From Octopus sinensis (Eukaryota), in the NCBI RefSeq assembly GCF_006345805.1, contig NC_042998.1, forward strand, positions 50,902,001 to 50,966,000: a DNA stretch of 64,000 bases, in the 5' to 3' direction. Of this stretch, positions 50,601 through 64,000 are shown one piece after another (the first letter of the stretch is position 1; the number at the start of each line of letters is the position of its first letter). The notes beneath the pieces are model-generated. The model did no database searches, was not told the DNA's origin, and worked only from the letters and a program-made list of their open reading frames with translations. A program made the position numbers and the translations under genes.

Positions 50601-51756
50601 TATGAGAGAGGGAGAAAGAGAGAGAGAAGACAGTAAGAGAGAAGGAGAGAGAGAGAGAGAGAGAGAGAAGAGAGAGAGAGAAAAAGGAGTGAACAATGTA
50701 AACACCAGTATCTAAGGCTATATAACTGAAAATAGTGAATGGATGAGGGCAATGTACTAACCCGATGTAGCTACACATTGTGTACTATCAACTAAACTAC
50801 TAATAACTGGCATTATCTATACTTTGAAATGGAACCAAAAGACCAGAGAGAAAGTATGTAGCCGTTTAATTGAAAAAAAAAAAAGAAAAAGAAAAAAGAA
50901 AGAAAATTGAATAAATACATTCAAACATTACTCCATCAATATCTAATTAAACCTATCCATTTATAATGCACTGTTGAGCAATCTGTGATCATGTTAGAAA
51001 GGTAATTGGCCACCAGCTTCAAAGCTTAAGTCAATTTTAATGTAATTAAGTCTCTTTGGTCTTTACTTAGAATTATTAGTCAGTCTCTCTCTAAACACAG
51101 ACAAAATTTCACTTCCGACACACCATGGTTATTTTCAAACAAATGCAAACCTCCTATGTGAAGACAATGAAAAAAAATAAAAACTGATTAATTAAAGCAT
51201 ATCTCAGAGGGTCCCATAACCCTGTTGCTGTTGTTGTAATTGTTGGTTTTGTTGTTGTTGTTGCTGTTGTCATTGAGGGTACTGCAGAAGAACTGATCTT
51301 CATACAATAGTTCTAAAGACTATTACACTGGAATGGTTTTCCCAATCCCTTTCACTATAAAAAGAAAAGATGTGTATATCATAGACACAGTGGATTGCCC
51401 AAATCATTAAAGCATTAGAAAAATGGATTAATTACATTCATTCTAGCTCATTATGTTTTGAATTCAAATCTTACCAAGAACAACATTTTGGAATCATGAA
51501 AATAAAATACTAGTCAAGAACTGAGGTCAATGGTATTGACTCTCAAAATAGCTGGTGTTGTGCCTTAAGCACCTACCCTGAGCACTAGAAAATGCACATA
51601 TACATGCAGGCACAGGCATGGCTGTGTGGTAAGAAGTTTGCTTCCCAACCACATGGTTTCAGGTTCAATCCCATTGCATGGGATCTTGGGAAAATCTCTT
51701 TTACTACTATAGCCTCAGGCTGACCAAAGACTTGTAAGTGAATTTCATAAGCCTAT

Positions 51757-51808
<52 letters not shown>

Positions 51809-51953
51809 TGATGAAGGTGTGAAACTGAGTAATACCATCTGACTGAAAACTGATGACGAATTAAGTAACTGTGTCTGTCTTCCATCCGGTTGTACACTTA
51901 GTATATGTTGAGTTATTTTACCCTGCTGTTGTTTATTCACAATACATTTTCAT

Positions 51954-51992
<39 letters not shown>

Positions 51993-52116
51993 TATATACA
52001 TATATACATACACAACACACATATATATATATATACATACATATAATACATATATATACATACATATATATAACTATATATACATATATAATATATACAT
52101 ATATATATATATATAC

Positions 52117-55100
52117 GTGATCTCAAGATAAGAAATCTTTGAACTTTAATTCATCCGTATCTCTATTATTATTATTATTTATTAATTATTATTATTCTGA
52201 TCCCCCTAGTCGCCACTCTGTTTACTATTTCAGCCTCGCCTCGCCTCGTTTTGCATATTCTGTATAATTCACTAGTTATCGTTATTGATATTTTAAGATC
52301 TATCTCCCTATAGAAATTGGCTGCCGATTCTTCGCGGGGTTTTTCTTTTCTCTTCCCTTCTCTCCCCCTCTTGTTACATTGTCGTCTGTCTGGACTCCTC
52401 TCTTCCTACCACCCGCCATGGCTATGCATACTTAAGCTAGTAAAATGCCTCATTCTTGATTCCGAATTCCTTTTGCCAAGTCTGTCCGTAAACGAAGTGA
52501 TCTCAAGATAAGAAATCTTTGAACTTTAATTCATCCGTATCTCTATTTATTATTATTATTTATTAATTATTATTATTCTGATCCCCCTAGTCGCCACTCT
52601 GTTTACTATTTCAGCCTCGCCTCGCCTCGTTTTGCATATTCTGTATAATTCACTAGTTATCGTTATTGATATTTTAAGATCTATCTCCCTTATAGAAATT
52701 GGCTGCCGATTCTTCGCGGGGTTTTTCTTTTCTCTTCCCTTCTCTCCCCCTCTTGTTACATTGTCGTCTGTCTGGACTCCTCTCTTCCTACCACCCGCCA
52801 TGGCTATGCATACTTAAGCTAGTAAAATGCCTCATTCTTGATTCCGAATTCCTTTTGCCAAGTCTGTCCGTAAACGAAGTGATCTCAAGATAAGAAATCT
52901 TTGAACTTTAATTCATCCGTATCTCTATTTATTATTATTATTTATTAATTATTATTATTCTGATCCCCTAGTCGCCACTCTGTTTACTATTTCAGCCTCG
53001 CCTCGCCTCGTTTTGCATATTCTGTATAATTCACTAGTTATCGTTATTGATATTTTAAGATCTATCTCCCTTATAGAAATTGGCTGCCGATTCTTCGCGG
53101 GGTTTTTTTTTCTCTTCCCTTCTCTCCCCTCTTGTTACATTGTCGTCTGTCTGGACTCCTCTCTTCCTACCACCCGCCATGGCTATGCATACTTAAGCTA
53201 GTAAAATGCCTCATTCTTGATTCCGAATTCCTTTTGCCAAGTCTGTCCGTAAACGAAGTGATCTCAAGATAAGAAATCTTTGAACTTTAATTCATCCGTA
53301 TCTCTATTTATTATATTTATTAATTATTATTATTCTGATCCCCCTAGTCGCCACTCTGTTTACTATTTCAGCCTCGCCTCGCCTCGTTTTGCATATCTGT
53401 ATAATTCACTAGTTATCGTTATTGATATTTTAAGATCTATCTCCCTTATAGAAATTGGCTGCCGATTCTTCGCGGGGTTTTTCTTTTCTCTTCCCTTCTC
53501 TCCCCTCTTGTTACATTGTCGTCTGTCTGGACTCCTCTCTTCCTACCACCCGCCATGGCTATGCATACTTAAGCTAGTAAAATGCCTCATTCTTGATTCC
53601 GAATTCTTTTGCCAAGTCTGTCCGTAAACGAAGTGATCTCAAGATAAGAAATCTTTGAACTTTAATTCATCCGTATCTCTATTTATTATTATTATTTATT
53701 AATTATTATTATTCTGATCCCCCTAGTCGCCACTCTGTTTACTATTTCAGCCTCGCCTCGCCTCGTTTTGCATATTCTGTATAATTCACTAGTTATCGTT
53801 ATTGATATTTTAAGATCTATCTCCCTTATAGAAATTGGCTGCCGATTCTTCGCGGGGTTTTTTTTTCTTTTCTTCTTCCTTCTCTCCCCCTCTTGTTACA
53901 TTGTCGTCTGTCTGGACTCCTCTCTTCCTACCACCCGCCATGGCTATGCATACTTAAGCTAGTAAAATGCCTCATTCTTGATTCCGAATTCCTTTTGCCA
54001 AGTCTGTCCGTAAACGAAGTGATCTCAAGATAAGAAATCTTTGAACTTTAATTCATCCGTATCTCTATTTATTATTATTATTTATTAATTATTATTATTC
54101 TGATCCCCCTAGTCGCCACTCTGTTTACTATTTCAGCCTCGCCTCGCCTCGTTTTGCATATTCTGTATAATTCACTAGTTATCGTTATTGATATTTTAAG
54201 ATCTATCTCCCTTATAGAAATTGGCTGCCGATTCTTCGCGGGGTTTTTCTTTTCTCTTCCCTTCTCTCCCCCTCTTGTTACATTGTCGTCTGTCTGGACT
54301 CCTCTCTTCCTACCACCCGCCATGGCTATGCATACTTAAGCTAGTAAAATGCCTCATTCTTGATTCCGAATTCCTTTTGCCAAGTCTGTCCGTAAACGAA
54401 GTGATCTCAAGATAAGAAATCTTTGAACTTTAATTCATCCGTATCTCTATTTATTATTATTATTTATTAATTATTATATTCTGATCCCCCTAGTCGCCAC
54501 TCTGTTTACTATTTCAGCCTCGCCTCGCCTCGTTTTGCATATTCTGTATAATTCACTAGTTTCGTTATTGATATTTTAAGATCTATCTCCCTTATAGAAA
54601 TTGGCTGCCGATTCTTCGCGGGGTTTTTCTTTTCTCTTCCCTTCTCTCCCCCTCTTGTTACATTGTCGTCTGTCTGGACTCCTCTCTTCCTACCACCCGC
54701 CATGGCTATGCATACTTAAGCTAGTAAAATGCCTCATTCTTGATTCCGAATTCCTTTTGCCAAGTCTGTCCGTAAACGAAGTGATCTCAAGATAAGAAAT
54801 CTTTGAACTTTAATTCATCCGTATCTCTATTTATTATTATTATATTATTATTATTATTATTCTGATCCCCCTAGTCGCCACTCTGTTTACTATTTCAGCC
54901 TCGCCTCGCCTCGTTTTGCATATTCTGTATAATTCACTAGTTATCGTTATTGATATTTTAAGATCTATCTCCCTTATAGAAATTGGCTGCCGATTCTTCG
55001 CGGGGTTTTTCTTTTCTCTTCCCTTCTCTCCCCCTCTTGTTACATTGTCGTCTGTCTGGACTCCTCTCTTCCTACCACCCGCCATGGCTATGCATACTTA

Positions 55101-58100
55101 AGCTAGTAAAATGCCTCATTCTTGATTCCGAATTCCTTTTGCCAAGTCTGTCCGTAAACGAAGTGATCTCAAGATAAGAAATCTTTGAACTTTAATTCAT
55201 CCGTATCTCTATTATTATTATTATTTATTAATTATTATTATTCTGATCCCCCTAGTCGCCACTCTGTTTACTATTTCAGCCTCGCCTCGCCTCGTTTTGC
55301 ATATTCTGTATAATTCACTAGTTATCGTTATTGATATTTTAAGATCTATCTCCCTTATAGAAATTGGCTGCCGATTCTTCGCGGGGTTTTCTTTTCTCTT
55401 CCCTTCTCTCCCCTCTTGTTACATTGTCGTCTGTCTGGACTCCTCTCTTCCTACCACCCGCCATGGCTATGCATACTTAAGCTAGTAAAATGCCTCATTC
55501 TTGATTCCGAATTCCTTTTGCCAAGTCTGTCCGTAAACGAAGTGATCTCAAGATAAGAAATCTTTGAACTTTAATTCATCCGTATCTCTATTTATTATTA
55601 TTATTTATTAATTATTATTATTCTGATCCCCCTAGTCGCCACTCTGTTTACTATTTCAGCCTCGCCTCGCCTCGTTTTGCATATTCTGTATAATTCACTA
55701 GTTATCGTTATTGATATTTTAAGATCTATCTCCCTTATAGAAATTGGCTGCCGATTCTTCGCGGGGTTTTTCTTTTCTCTCCCTTCTCTCCCCTCTTGTT
55801 ACATTGTCGTCTGTCTGGACTCCTCTCTTCCTACCACCCGCCATGGCTATGCATACTTAAGCTAGTAAAATGCCTCATTCTTGATTCCGAATTCCTTTTG
55901 CCAAGTCTGTCCGTAAACGAAGTGATCTCAAGATAAGAAATCTTTGAACTTTAATTCATCCGTATCTCTATTTATTATTATTATTTATTAATTATTATTA
56001 TTCTGATCCCCCTAGTCGCCACTCTGTTTACTATTTCAGCCTCGCCTCGCCTCGTTTTGCATATTCTGTATAATTCACTAGTTATCGTTATTGATATTTT
56101 AAGATCTATCTCCCTTATAGAAATTGGCTGCCGATTCTTCGCGGGGTTTTTCTTTTCTCTTCCCTTCTCTCCCCCTCTTGTTACATTGTCGTCTGTCTGG
56201 ACTCCTCTCTTCCTACCACCCGCCATGGCTATGCATACTTAAGCTAGTAAAATGCCTCATTCTTGATTCCGAATTCCTTTTGCCAAGTCTGTCCGTAAAC
56301 GAAGTGATCTCAAGATAAGAAATCTTTGAACTTTAATTCATCCGTATCTCTATTTATTATTATTATTTATTAATTATTATTATTCTGATCCCCCTAGTCG
56401 CCACTCTGTTTACTATTTCAGCCTCGCCTCGCCTCGTTTTGCATATTCTGTATAATTCACTAGTTATCGTTATTGATATTTTAAGATCTATCTCCCTTAT
56501 AGAAATTGGCTGCCGATTCTTCGCGGGGTTTTTCTTTTCTCTTCCCTTCTCTCCCCCTCTTGTTACATTGTCGTCTGTCTGGACTCCTCTCTTCCTACAC
56601 CCGCCATGGCTATGCATACTTAAGCTAGTAAAATGCCTCATTCTTGATTCCGAATTCCTTTTGCCAAGTCTGTCCGTAAACGAAGTGATCTCAAGATAAG
56701 AAATCTTTGAACTTTAATTCATCCGTATCTCTATTTATTATTATTATTTATTAATTATTATTATTCTGATCCCCCTAGTCGCCACTCTGTTTACTATTTC
56801 AGCCTCGCCTCGCCTCGTTTTGCATATTCTGTATAATTCACTAGTTATCGTTATTGATATTTTAAGATCTATCTCCCTTATAGAAATTGGCTGCCGATTC
56901 TTCGCGGGGTTTTTCTTTTCTCTTCCCTTCTCTCCCCCTCTTGTTACATTGTCGTCTGTCTGGACTCTCTTCCTACCACCCGCCATGGCTATGCATACTT
57001 AAGCTAGTAAAATGCCTCATTCTTGATTCCGAATTCCTTTTGCCAAGTCTGTCCGTAAACGAAGTGATCTCAAGATAAGAAATCTTTGAACTTTAATTCA
57101 TCCGTATCTCTATTTATTATATTATTTATTAATTATTATTATTCTGATCCCCCTAGTCGCCACTCTGTTTACTATTTCAGCCTCGCCTCGCCTCGTTTTG
57201 CATATTCTGTATAATTCACTAGTTATCGTTATTGATATTTTAAGATCTATCTCCCTTATAGAAATTGGCTGCCGATTCTTCGCGGGGTTTTTCTTTCTCT
57301 TCCCTTCTCTCCCCCTCTTGTTACATTGTCGTCTGTCTGGACTCCTCTCTTCCTACCACCCGCCATGGCTATGCATACTTAAGCTAGTAAAATGCCTCAT
57401 TCTTGATTCCGAATTCCTTTTGCCAAGTCTGTCCGTAAACGAAGTGATCTCAAGATAAGAAATCTTTGAACTTTAATTCATCCGTATCTCTATTTATTAT
57501 TATTATTTATTAATTATTATTATTCTGATCCCCCTAGTCGCCACTCTGTTTACTATTTCAGCCTCGCCTCGCCTCGTTTTGCATATTCTGTATAATTCAC
57601 TAGTTATCGTTATTGATATTTTAAGATCTATCTCCCTTATAGAAATTGGCTGCCGATTCTTCGCGGGGTTTTTCTTTTCTCTTCCCTTCTCTCCCCTCTT
57701 GTTACATTGTCGTCTGTCTGGACTCCTCTCTTCCTACCACCCGCCATGGCTATGCATACTTAAGCTAGTAAAATGCCTCATTCTTGATTCCGAATTCCTT
57801 TTGCCAAGTCTGTCCGTAAACGAAGTGATCTCAAGATAAGAAATCTTTGAACTTTAATTCATCCGTATCTCTATTTATTATTATTATTTATTAATTATTA
57901 TTATTCTGATCCCCCTAGTCGCCACTCTGTTTACTATTTCAGCCTCGCCTCGCCTCGTTTTGCATATTCTGTATAATTCACTAGTTATCGTTATTGATAT
58001 TTTAAGATCTATCTCCCTTATAGAAATTGGCTGCCGATTCTTCGCGGGGTTTTTCTTTTCTCTTCCCTTCTCTCCCCTCTTGTTACATTGTCGTCTGTCT

Positions 58101-61100
58101 GGACTCCTCTCTTCCTACCACCCGCCATGGCTATGCATACTTAAGCTAGTAAAATGCCTCATTCTTGATTCCGAATTCCTTTTGCCAAGTCTGTCCGTAA
58201 ACGAAGTGATCTCAAGATAAGAAATCTTTGAACTTTAATTCATCCGTATCTCTATTTATTATTATTATTATTAATTATTATTATTCTGATCCCCCTAGTC
58301 GCCACTCTGTTACTATTTCAGCCTCGCCTCGCCTCGTTTTGCATATTCTGTATAATTCACTAGTTATCGTTATTGATATTTTAAGATCTATCTCCCTTAT
58401 AGAAATTGGCTGCCGATTCTTCGCGGGGTTTTCTTTTCTCTTCCCTTCTCTCCCCTCTTGTTACATTGTCGTCTGTCTGGACTCCTCTCTTCCTACCACC
58501 CGCCATGGCTATGCATACTTAAGCTAGTAAAATGCCTCATTCTTGATTCCGAATTCCTTTTGCCAAGTCTGTCCGTAAACGAAGTGATCTCAAGATAAGA
58601 AATCTTTGAACTTTAATTCATCCGTATCTCTATTTATTATTATTATTTATTAATTATTATTCTGATCCCCCTAGTCGCCACTCTGTTTACTATTTCAGCC
58701 TCGCCTCGCCTCGTTTTGCATATTCTGTATAATTCACTAGTTATCGTTATTGATATTTTAAGATCTATCTCCTTATAGAAATTGGCTGCCGATTCTTCGC
58801 GGGGTTTTTCTTTTCTCTTCCCTTCTCTCCCCCTCTTGTTACATTGTCGTCTGTCTGGACTCCTCTCTTCCTACCACCCGCCATGGCTATGCATACTTAA
58901 GCTAGTAAAATGCCTCATTCTTGATTCCGAATTCCTTTTGCCAAGTCTGTCCGTAAACGAAGTGATCTCAAGATAAGAAATCTTTGAACTTTAATTCATC
59001 CGTATCTCTATTTATTATTATTATTTATTAATTATTATTATTCTGATCCCCCTAGTCGCCACTCTGTTTACTATTTCAGCCTCGCCTCGCCTCGTTTTGC
59101 ATATTCTGTATAATTCACTAGTTATCGTTATTGATATTTTAAGATCTATCTCCCTTATAGAAATTGGCTGCCGATTCTTCGCGGGGTTTTCTTTTCTCTT
59201 CCCTTCTCTCCCCCTCTTGTTACATTGTCGTCTGTCTGGACTCTCTCTTCCTACCACCCGCCATGGCTATGCATACTTAAGCTAGTAAAATGCCTCATTC
59301 TTGATTCCGAATTCCTTTTGCCAAGTCTGTCCGTAAACGAAGTGATCTCAAGATAAGAAATCTTTGAACTTTAATTCATCCGTATCTCTATTTATTATTA
59401 TTATTTATTAATTATTATTATTCTGATCCCCCTAGTCGCCACTCTGTTTACTATTTCAGCCTCGCCTCGCCTCGTTTTGCATATTCTGTATAATTCACTA
59501 GTTATCGTTATTGATATTTTAAGATCTATCTCCCTTATAGAAATTGGCTGCCGATTCTTCGCGGGGTTTTTCTTTTCTCTTCCCTTCTCTCCCCTCTTGT
59601 TACATTGTCGTCTGTCTGGACTCCTCTCTTCCTACCACCCGCCATGGCTATGCATACTTAAGCTAGTAAAATGCCTCATTCTTGATTCCGAATTCCTTTT
59701 GCCAAGTCTGTCCGTAAACGAAGTGATCTCAAGATAAGAAATCTTTGAACTTTAATTCATCCGTATCTCTATTTATATTATTATTTATTAATTATTATTA
59801 TTCTGATCCCCTAGTCGCCACTCTGTTTACTATTTCAGCCTCGCCTCGCCTCGTTTTGCATATTCTGTATAATTCACTAGTTATCGTTATTGATATTTAA
59901 GATCTATCTCCCTTATAGAAATTGGCTGCCGATTCTTCGCGGGGTTTTTCTTTTCTCTTCCCTTCTCTCCCCTCTTGTTACATTGTCGTCTGTCTGGACT
60001 CCTCTCTTCCTACCACCCGCCATGGCTATGCATACTTAAGCTAGTAAAATGCCTCATTCTTGATTCCGAATTCCTTTTGCCAAGTCTGTCCGTAAACGAA
60101 GTGATCTCAAGATAAGAAATCTTTGAACTTTAATTCATCCGTATCTCTATTATTATTATTATTTATTAATTATTATTATTCTGATCCCCCTAGTCGCCAC
60201 TCTGTTTACTATTTCAGCCTCGCCTCGCCTCGTTTTGCATATTCTGTATAATTCACTAGTTATCGTTATTGATATTTTAAGATCTATCTCCCTTATAGAA
60301 ATTGGCTGCCGATTCTTCGCGGGGTTTTTCTTTTCTCTTCCCTTCTCTCCCCCTCTTGTTACATTGTCGTCTGTCTGGACTCCTCTCTTCCTACCACCCG
60401 CCATGGCTATGCATACTTAAGCTAGTAAAATGCCTCATTCTTGATTCCGAATTCCTTTTGCCAAGTCTGTCCGTAAACGAAGTGATCTCAAGATAAGAAA
60501 TCTTTGAACTTTAATTCATCCGTATCTCTATTTATTATTATTATTATTAATTATTATTCTGATCCCCCTAGTCGCCACTCTGTTTACTATTTCAGCCTCG
60601 CCTCGCCTCGTTTTGCATATTCTGTATAATTCACTAGTTATCGTTATTGATATTTTAAGATCTATCTCCCTTATAGAAATTGGCTGCCGATTCTTCGCGG
60701 GGTTTTTCTTTTCTCTTCCCTTCTCTCCCCCTCTTGTTACATTGTCGTCTGTCTGGACTCCTCTCTTCCTACCACCCGCCATGGCTATGCATACTTAAGC
60801 TAGTAAAATGCCTCATTCTTGATTCCGAATTCCTTTTGCCAAGTCTGTCCGTAAACGAAGTGATCTCAAGATAAGAAATCTTTGAACTTTAATTCATCCG
60901 TATCTCTATTTATTATTATTATTTATTAATTATTATTATTCTGATCCCCCTAGTCGCCACTCTGTTTACTATTTCAGCCTCGCCTCGCCTCGTTTTGCAT
61001 ATTCTGTATAATTCACTAGTTATCGTTATTGATATTTTAAGATCTATCTCCCTTATAGAAATTGGCTGCCGATTCTTCGCGGGGTTTTCTTTTCTCTTCC

Positions 61101-61843
61101 TTCTCTCCCCTCTTGTTACATTGTCGTCTGTCTGGACTCCTCTCTTCCTACCACCCGCCATGGCTATGCATACTTAAGCTAGTAAAATGCCTCATTCTTG
61201 ATTCCGAATTCCTTTTGCCAAGTCTGTCCGTAAACGAAGTGATCTCAAGATAAGAAATCTTTGAACTTTAATTCATCCGTATCTCTATTTATTATTATTA
61301 TTTATTAATTATTATTATTCTGATCCCCCTAGTCGCCACTCTGTTTACTATTTCAGCCTCGCCTCGCCTCGTTTTGCATATTCTGTATAATTCACTAGTT
61401 ATCGTTATTGATATTTTAAGATCTATCTCCCTTATAGAAATTGGCTGCCGATTCTTCGCGGGGTTTTTCTTTTCTCTTCCCTTCTCTCCCCCTCTTGTTA
61501 CATTGTCGTCTGTCTGGACTCCTCTTTCCTACCACCCGCCATGGCTATGCATACTTAAGCTAGTAAAATGCCTCATTCTTGATTCCGAATTCCTTTTGCC
61601 AAGTCTGTCCGTAAACGAAGTGATCTCAAGATAAGAAATCTTTGAACTTTAATTCATCCGTATCTCTATTTATTATTATTATTTATTAATTATTATTATT
61701 CTGATCCCCCTAGTCGCCACTCTGTTTACTATTTCAGCCTCGCCTCGCCTCGTTTTGCATATTCTGTATAATTCACTAGTTATTGTATTTTAAGATTTTA
61801 AGATCTATCTCCCTTATAGAAATTGGCTGCCGATTCTTCGCGG
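52117..61843. repeat. Tandem array (satellite) of a ~382-bp unit, 25 full copies plus one partial
   Basis: The unit start GTGATCTCAAGATAAG recurs at 52117, 52497, 52879 ... 61239, 61620. Copies differ almost only by small indels in homopolymer or TTA runs. Confidence 0.97.
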
Positions 61844-61920
61844 CGCGCCCGCCCTACCCACCCCCACCACCAATACGGATATATCTCTTTTGCTCCAACT
61901 ATACCGGATGTCGTTTTTCT

Positions 61921-62500
61921 CCACCACCATTATAGGTGTCTACTCTTTGAACCCCCCTCTTCAATACGCTATTTCACCATGCATTACCCCTCTCTCGATA
62001 TCCTACGTTCTACTTGCCTAGAACCTGTCCTCTGGACCACCCCTCCCACTGGTGCTCACCCCTCCCACTGGTGCTCCCCTATATTTCTGCATCCCCCACC
62101 ACCATTATGGGTGTCTACTCTTTGAACCCCCCTCTTCAATACGCTATTTCACCATGCATTACCCCCTCTCGATATCCTACGTTCTACTTGCCTAGAACCT
62201 GTCCTCTGAACCACCCCTCCCACTGGTGCCCACCCCTCCCACTGGTGCTCCCCTATTTTTCTGCACCCCCACCACCATTATAGGTGTCTACTCTTTGAAC
62301 CCCCCTCTTCAATACGCTGCTCCCTATATTTCTGCACCCCCCACCACCATTATAGGTGTCTACTCTTTGAACCCCCCTCTTCAATACGCTATTTCACCAT
62401 GCATTACCCCTCTCTCGATATCCTACGTTCTACTTGACTAGTACCTGTCCTCTGAACCACCCCTCCCACTGGTGCTCCCCTATATTTCTGCACCCCCCCC
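61921..62500. repeat. C-rich ~175-bp tandem repeat, about 3 copies plus a truncated one
   Basis: CCACCACCATTAT(A/G)GGTGTCTACTCTTTGAACCCCCC recurs at ~61921, 62096, 62270 and 62341, with an internal CACCCCTCCCACTGGTG doublet. Confidence 0.88.
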
Positions 62501-62981
62501 ATAAAAAGCACCATCCGAACGTGGCCGATGCCAGACCCCTCTGGCACCTGTGCAGGTGGCACGTAAAAAACACCCACTACACTCGCGGAGTGGTTGGCGT
62601 TAGGAAGGGCATCCAGCTGTAGAAACACTGCCAGACTAGACTGGAGCCTGGGGCAGTCCCGAGCTCCCCAGACCCCGGTCGAAACCGTCCAACCCGTGCT
62701 AGCGCGGAAAACGGACGTTAAACGATGATGATGATGATGATGATATATATATATATATATACATACATATATATATACATATATATACATATATATAATA
62801 TATATACATATAATACATACATATATATATATATATACATATATATACATACATATATGTATATATATATATACATACATATATATATATATACATACAT
62901 ATATATATACATATATATAATATATAATATATATATATATACATACATATATATAATATATATATATATATATATACATAC

Positions 62982-63058
<77 letters not shown>

Positions 63059-64000
63059 TGGTTAGGGCAGCAGACCGCGGTCGGAGGATCACGGTTTCGA
63101 TTACCAGACTGGGCATTGTGTGTGTTTATTGAGCGAAAACACCTAAAGCTCGCAAGGCTCTGGCAGGGGGGGGGGGCGACCCCTGTTGTACTCTTTTGCC
63201 TCAACTTTCTCTCACTCTCTCTTCCTGTTTCTTGAGTAATTCTGCGATGGACTGGCGTCCCGTCCAGCTTGGGGGAACACACACGCCACAGAAATTGGGA
63301 AACCGGGCCCATGAGCCTGGCTAGGTTTGAAAAGGGCACAAGAAAAAATAAAAATCAATACGATTCACTAGATGGGCCTTGTACCTAGAGTAGAAAAGAA
63401 TACAATTCTCTAGTTTATGAAACTCATTACTCTCATTTGCTACCCCTTGCTGCCTTTCCCCAGATATAATTCAACAACTACATTTTATTCTAATTCAACA
63501 TCTACATTTCATTCTATCTGCTGTGAGGTCTCCAGTTAAAAGTACTAAAAACTCCTATGATATTAGTCAGTTTACACTGGCAACCAATAGAAGAATTCAT
63601 GTATTTCCAAAACATCTGCTTCTAAGTAAAAAAAAAAAAAAGTGAAAAACATGAAAATATAAACATGAAAAGAAAAATACGAGAACTCTTTAGTTACTGA
63701 TTTCATCATTCCTTTCCAATTTTCTCTTAATCTTTCAGTCTTTTACCTAGTACCAGTTAGCAATTGTTATAAAAAGAAGAATACGGAGCAAATTATATAG
63801 CCTGGAAATATGGTATGCATTGGCACTAACAATTGCCATTAAAACAGCTCTCACTTCTAAAGAAAATAAAAATATCTCACCATACTGATCAAAGTATCCT
63901 TTCCAAACCAAAGGAAATATGTCTCAACTGATTTTTACCTTTGCTTAACATTAACACTTAGATTAGTAAACAGCCACAGACTATTATTACATGCTCTGCT

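Noticed and set aside
51809-51950. TA-embedded fragment starting TGATGAAGGTG...
   Set aside because: Looks like a truncated member of the same class, but helices I and III cannot be completed.
52125-52165. Possible hammerhead in the array unit (minus strand GAGATA-CGGATGA...CAAA...TATCTT), or an HDV-like fold near GATTCTTCGCGG
   Set aside because: The hammerhead needs changes at invariant core positions (U4, G12) and lacks a proper NUH. HDV P1/P2 pairings could not be built convincingly.
52317-61634. Dozens of repeated 60-115 aa ORFs in the tandem array
   Set aside because: Mostly TTG/non-ATG starts, frames shift between copies with homopolymer indels, and no recognisable domain. They are by-products of the satellite.
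52117-61843. CRISPR-like array or tandem RNA gene cluster (5S, snRNA, tRNA)
   Set aside because: Units are identical end to end with no variable spacers and no cas genes. No recognisable RNA gene or Pol III box was seen.

Overview
Repeat-dense, AT-rich eukaryotic DNA. The SINE families and (TA)n/(TATG)n/(GAT)n microsatellites point to an octopus (coleoid cephalopod) genome; this is an inference. Most of the window is intronic to a minus-strand tubulin polyglutamylase gene (TTLL6/TTLL13-like), of which two spliced exons are visible (31082-31212 and 14382-14538). It also holds an intact Tc1 (DD34E) transposon with IR/DR ends, decayed Tc1/mariner copies, hAT and piggyBac-type MITEs, RTE and R4/Dong LINE fragments, many SINEs, and a ~9.7 kb array of a near-identical ~382-bp unit. 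The most interesting signal is a set of apparently unrelated insertions at (TA)n microsatellites, mostly long palindromes. Each carries a type I hammerhead ribozyme motif: CUGANGA...GAAA core, self-complementary helix III, GUH cleavage site and short helix I. Several have a long helix II and a non-Watson-Crick pair at its base. One is linked to a Penelope-type GIY-YIG endonuclease remnant, so I read these as Penelope-like pseudo-LTR or retrozyme-like elements. Ribozyme activity is inferred from motifs only. Nearly all ORFs in the supplied track are microsatellite or SINE artefacts.
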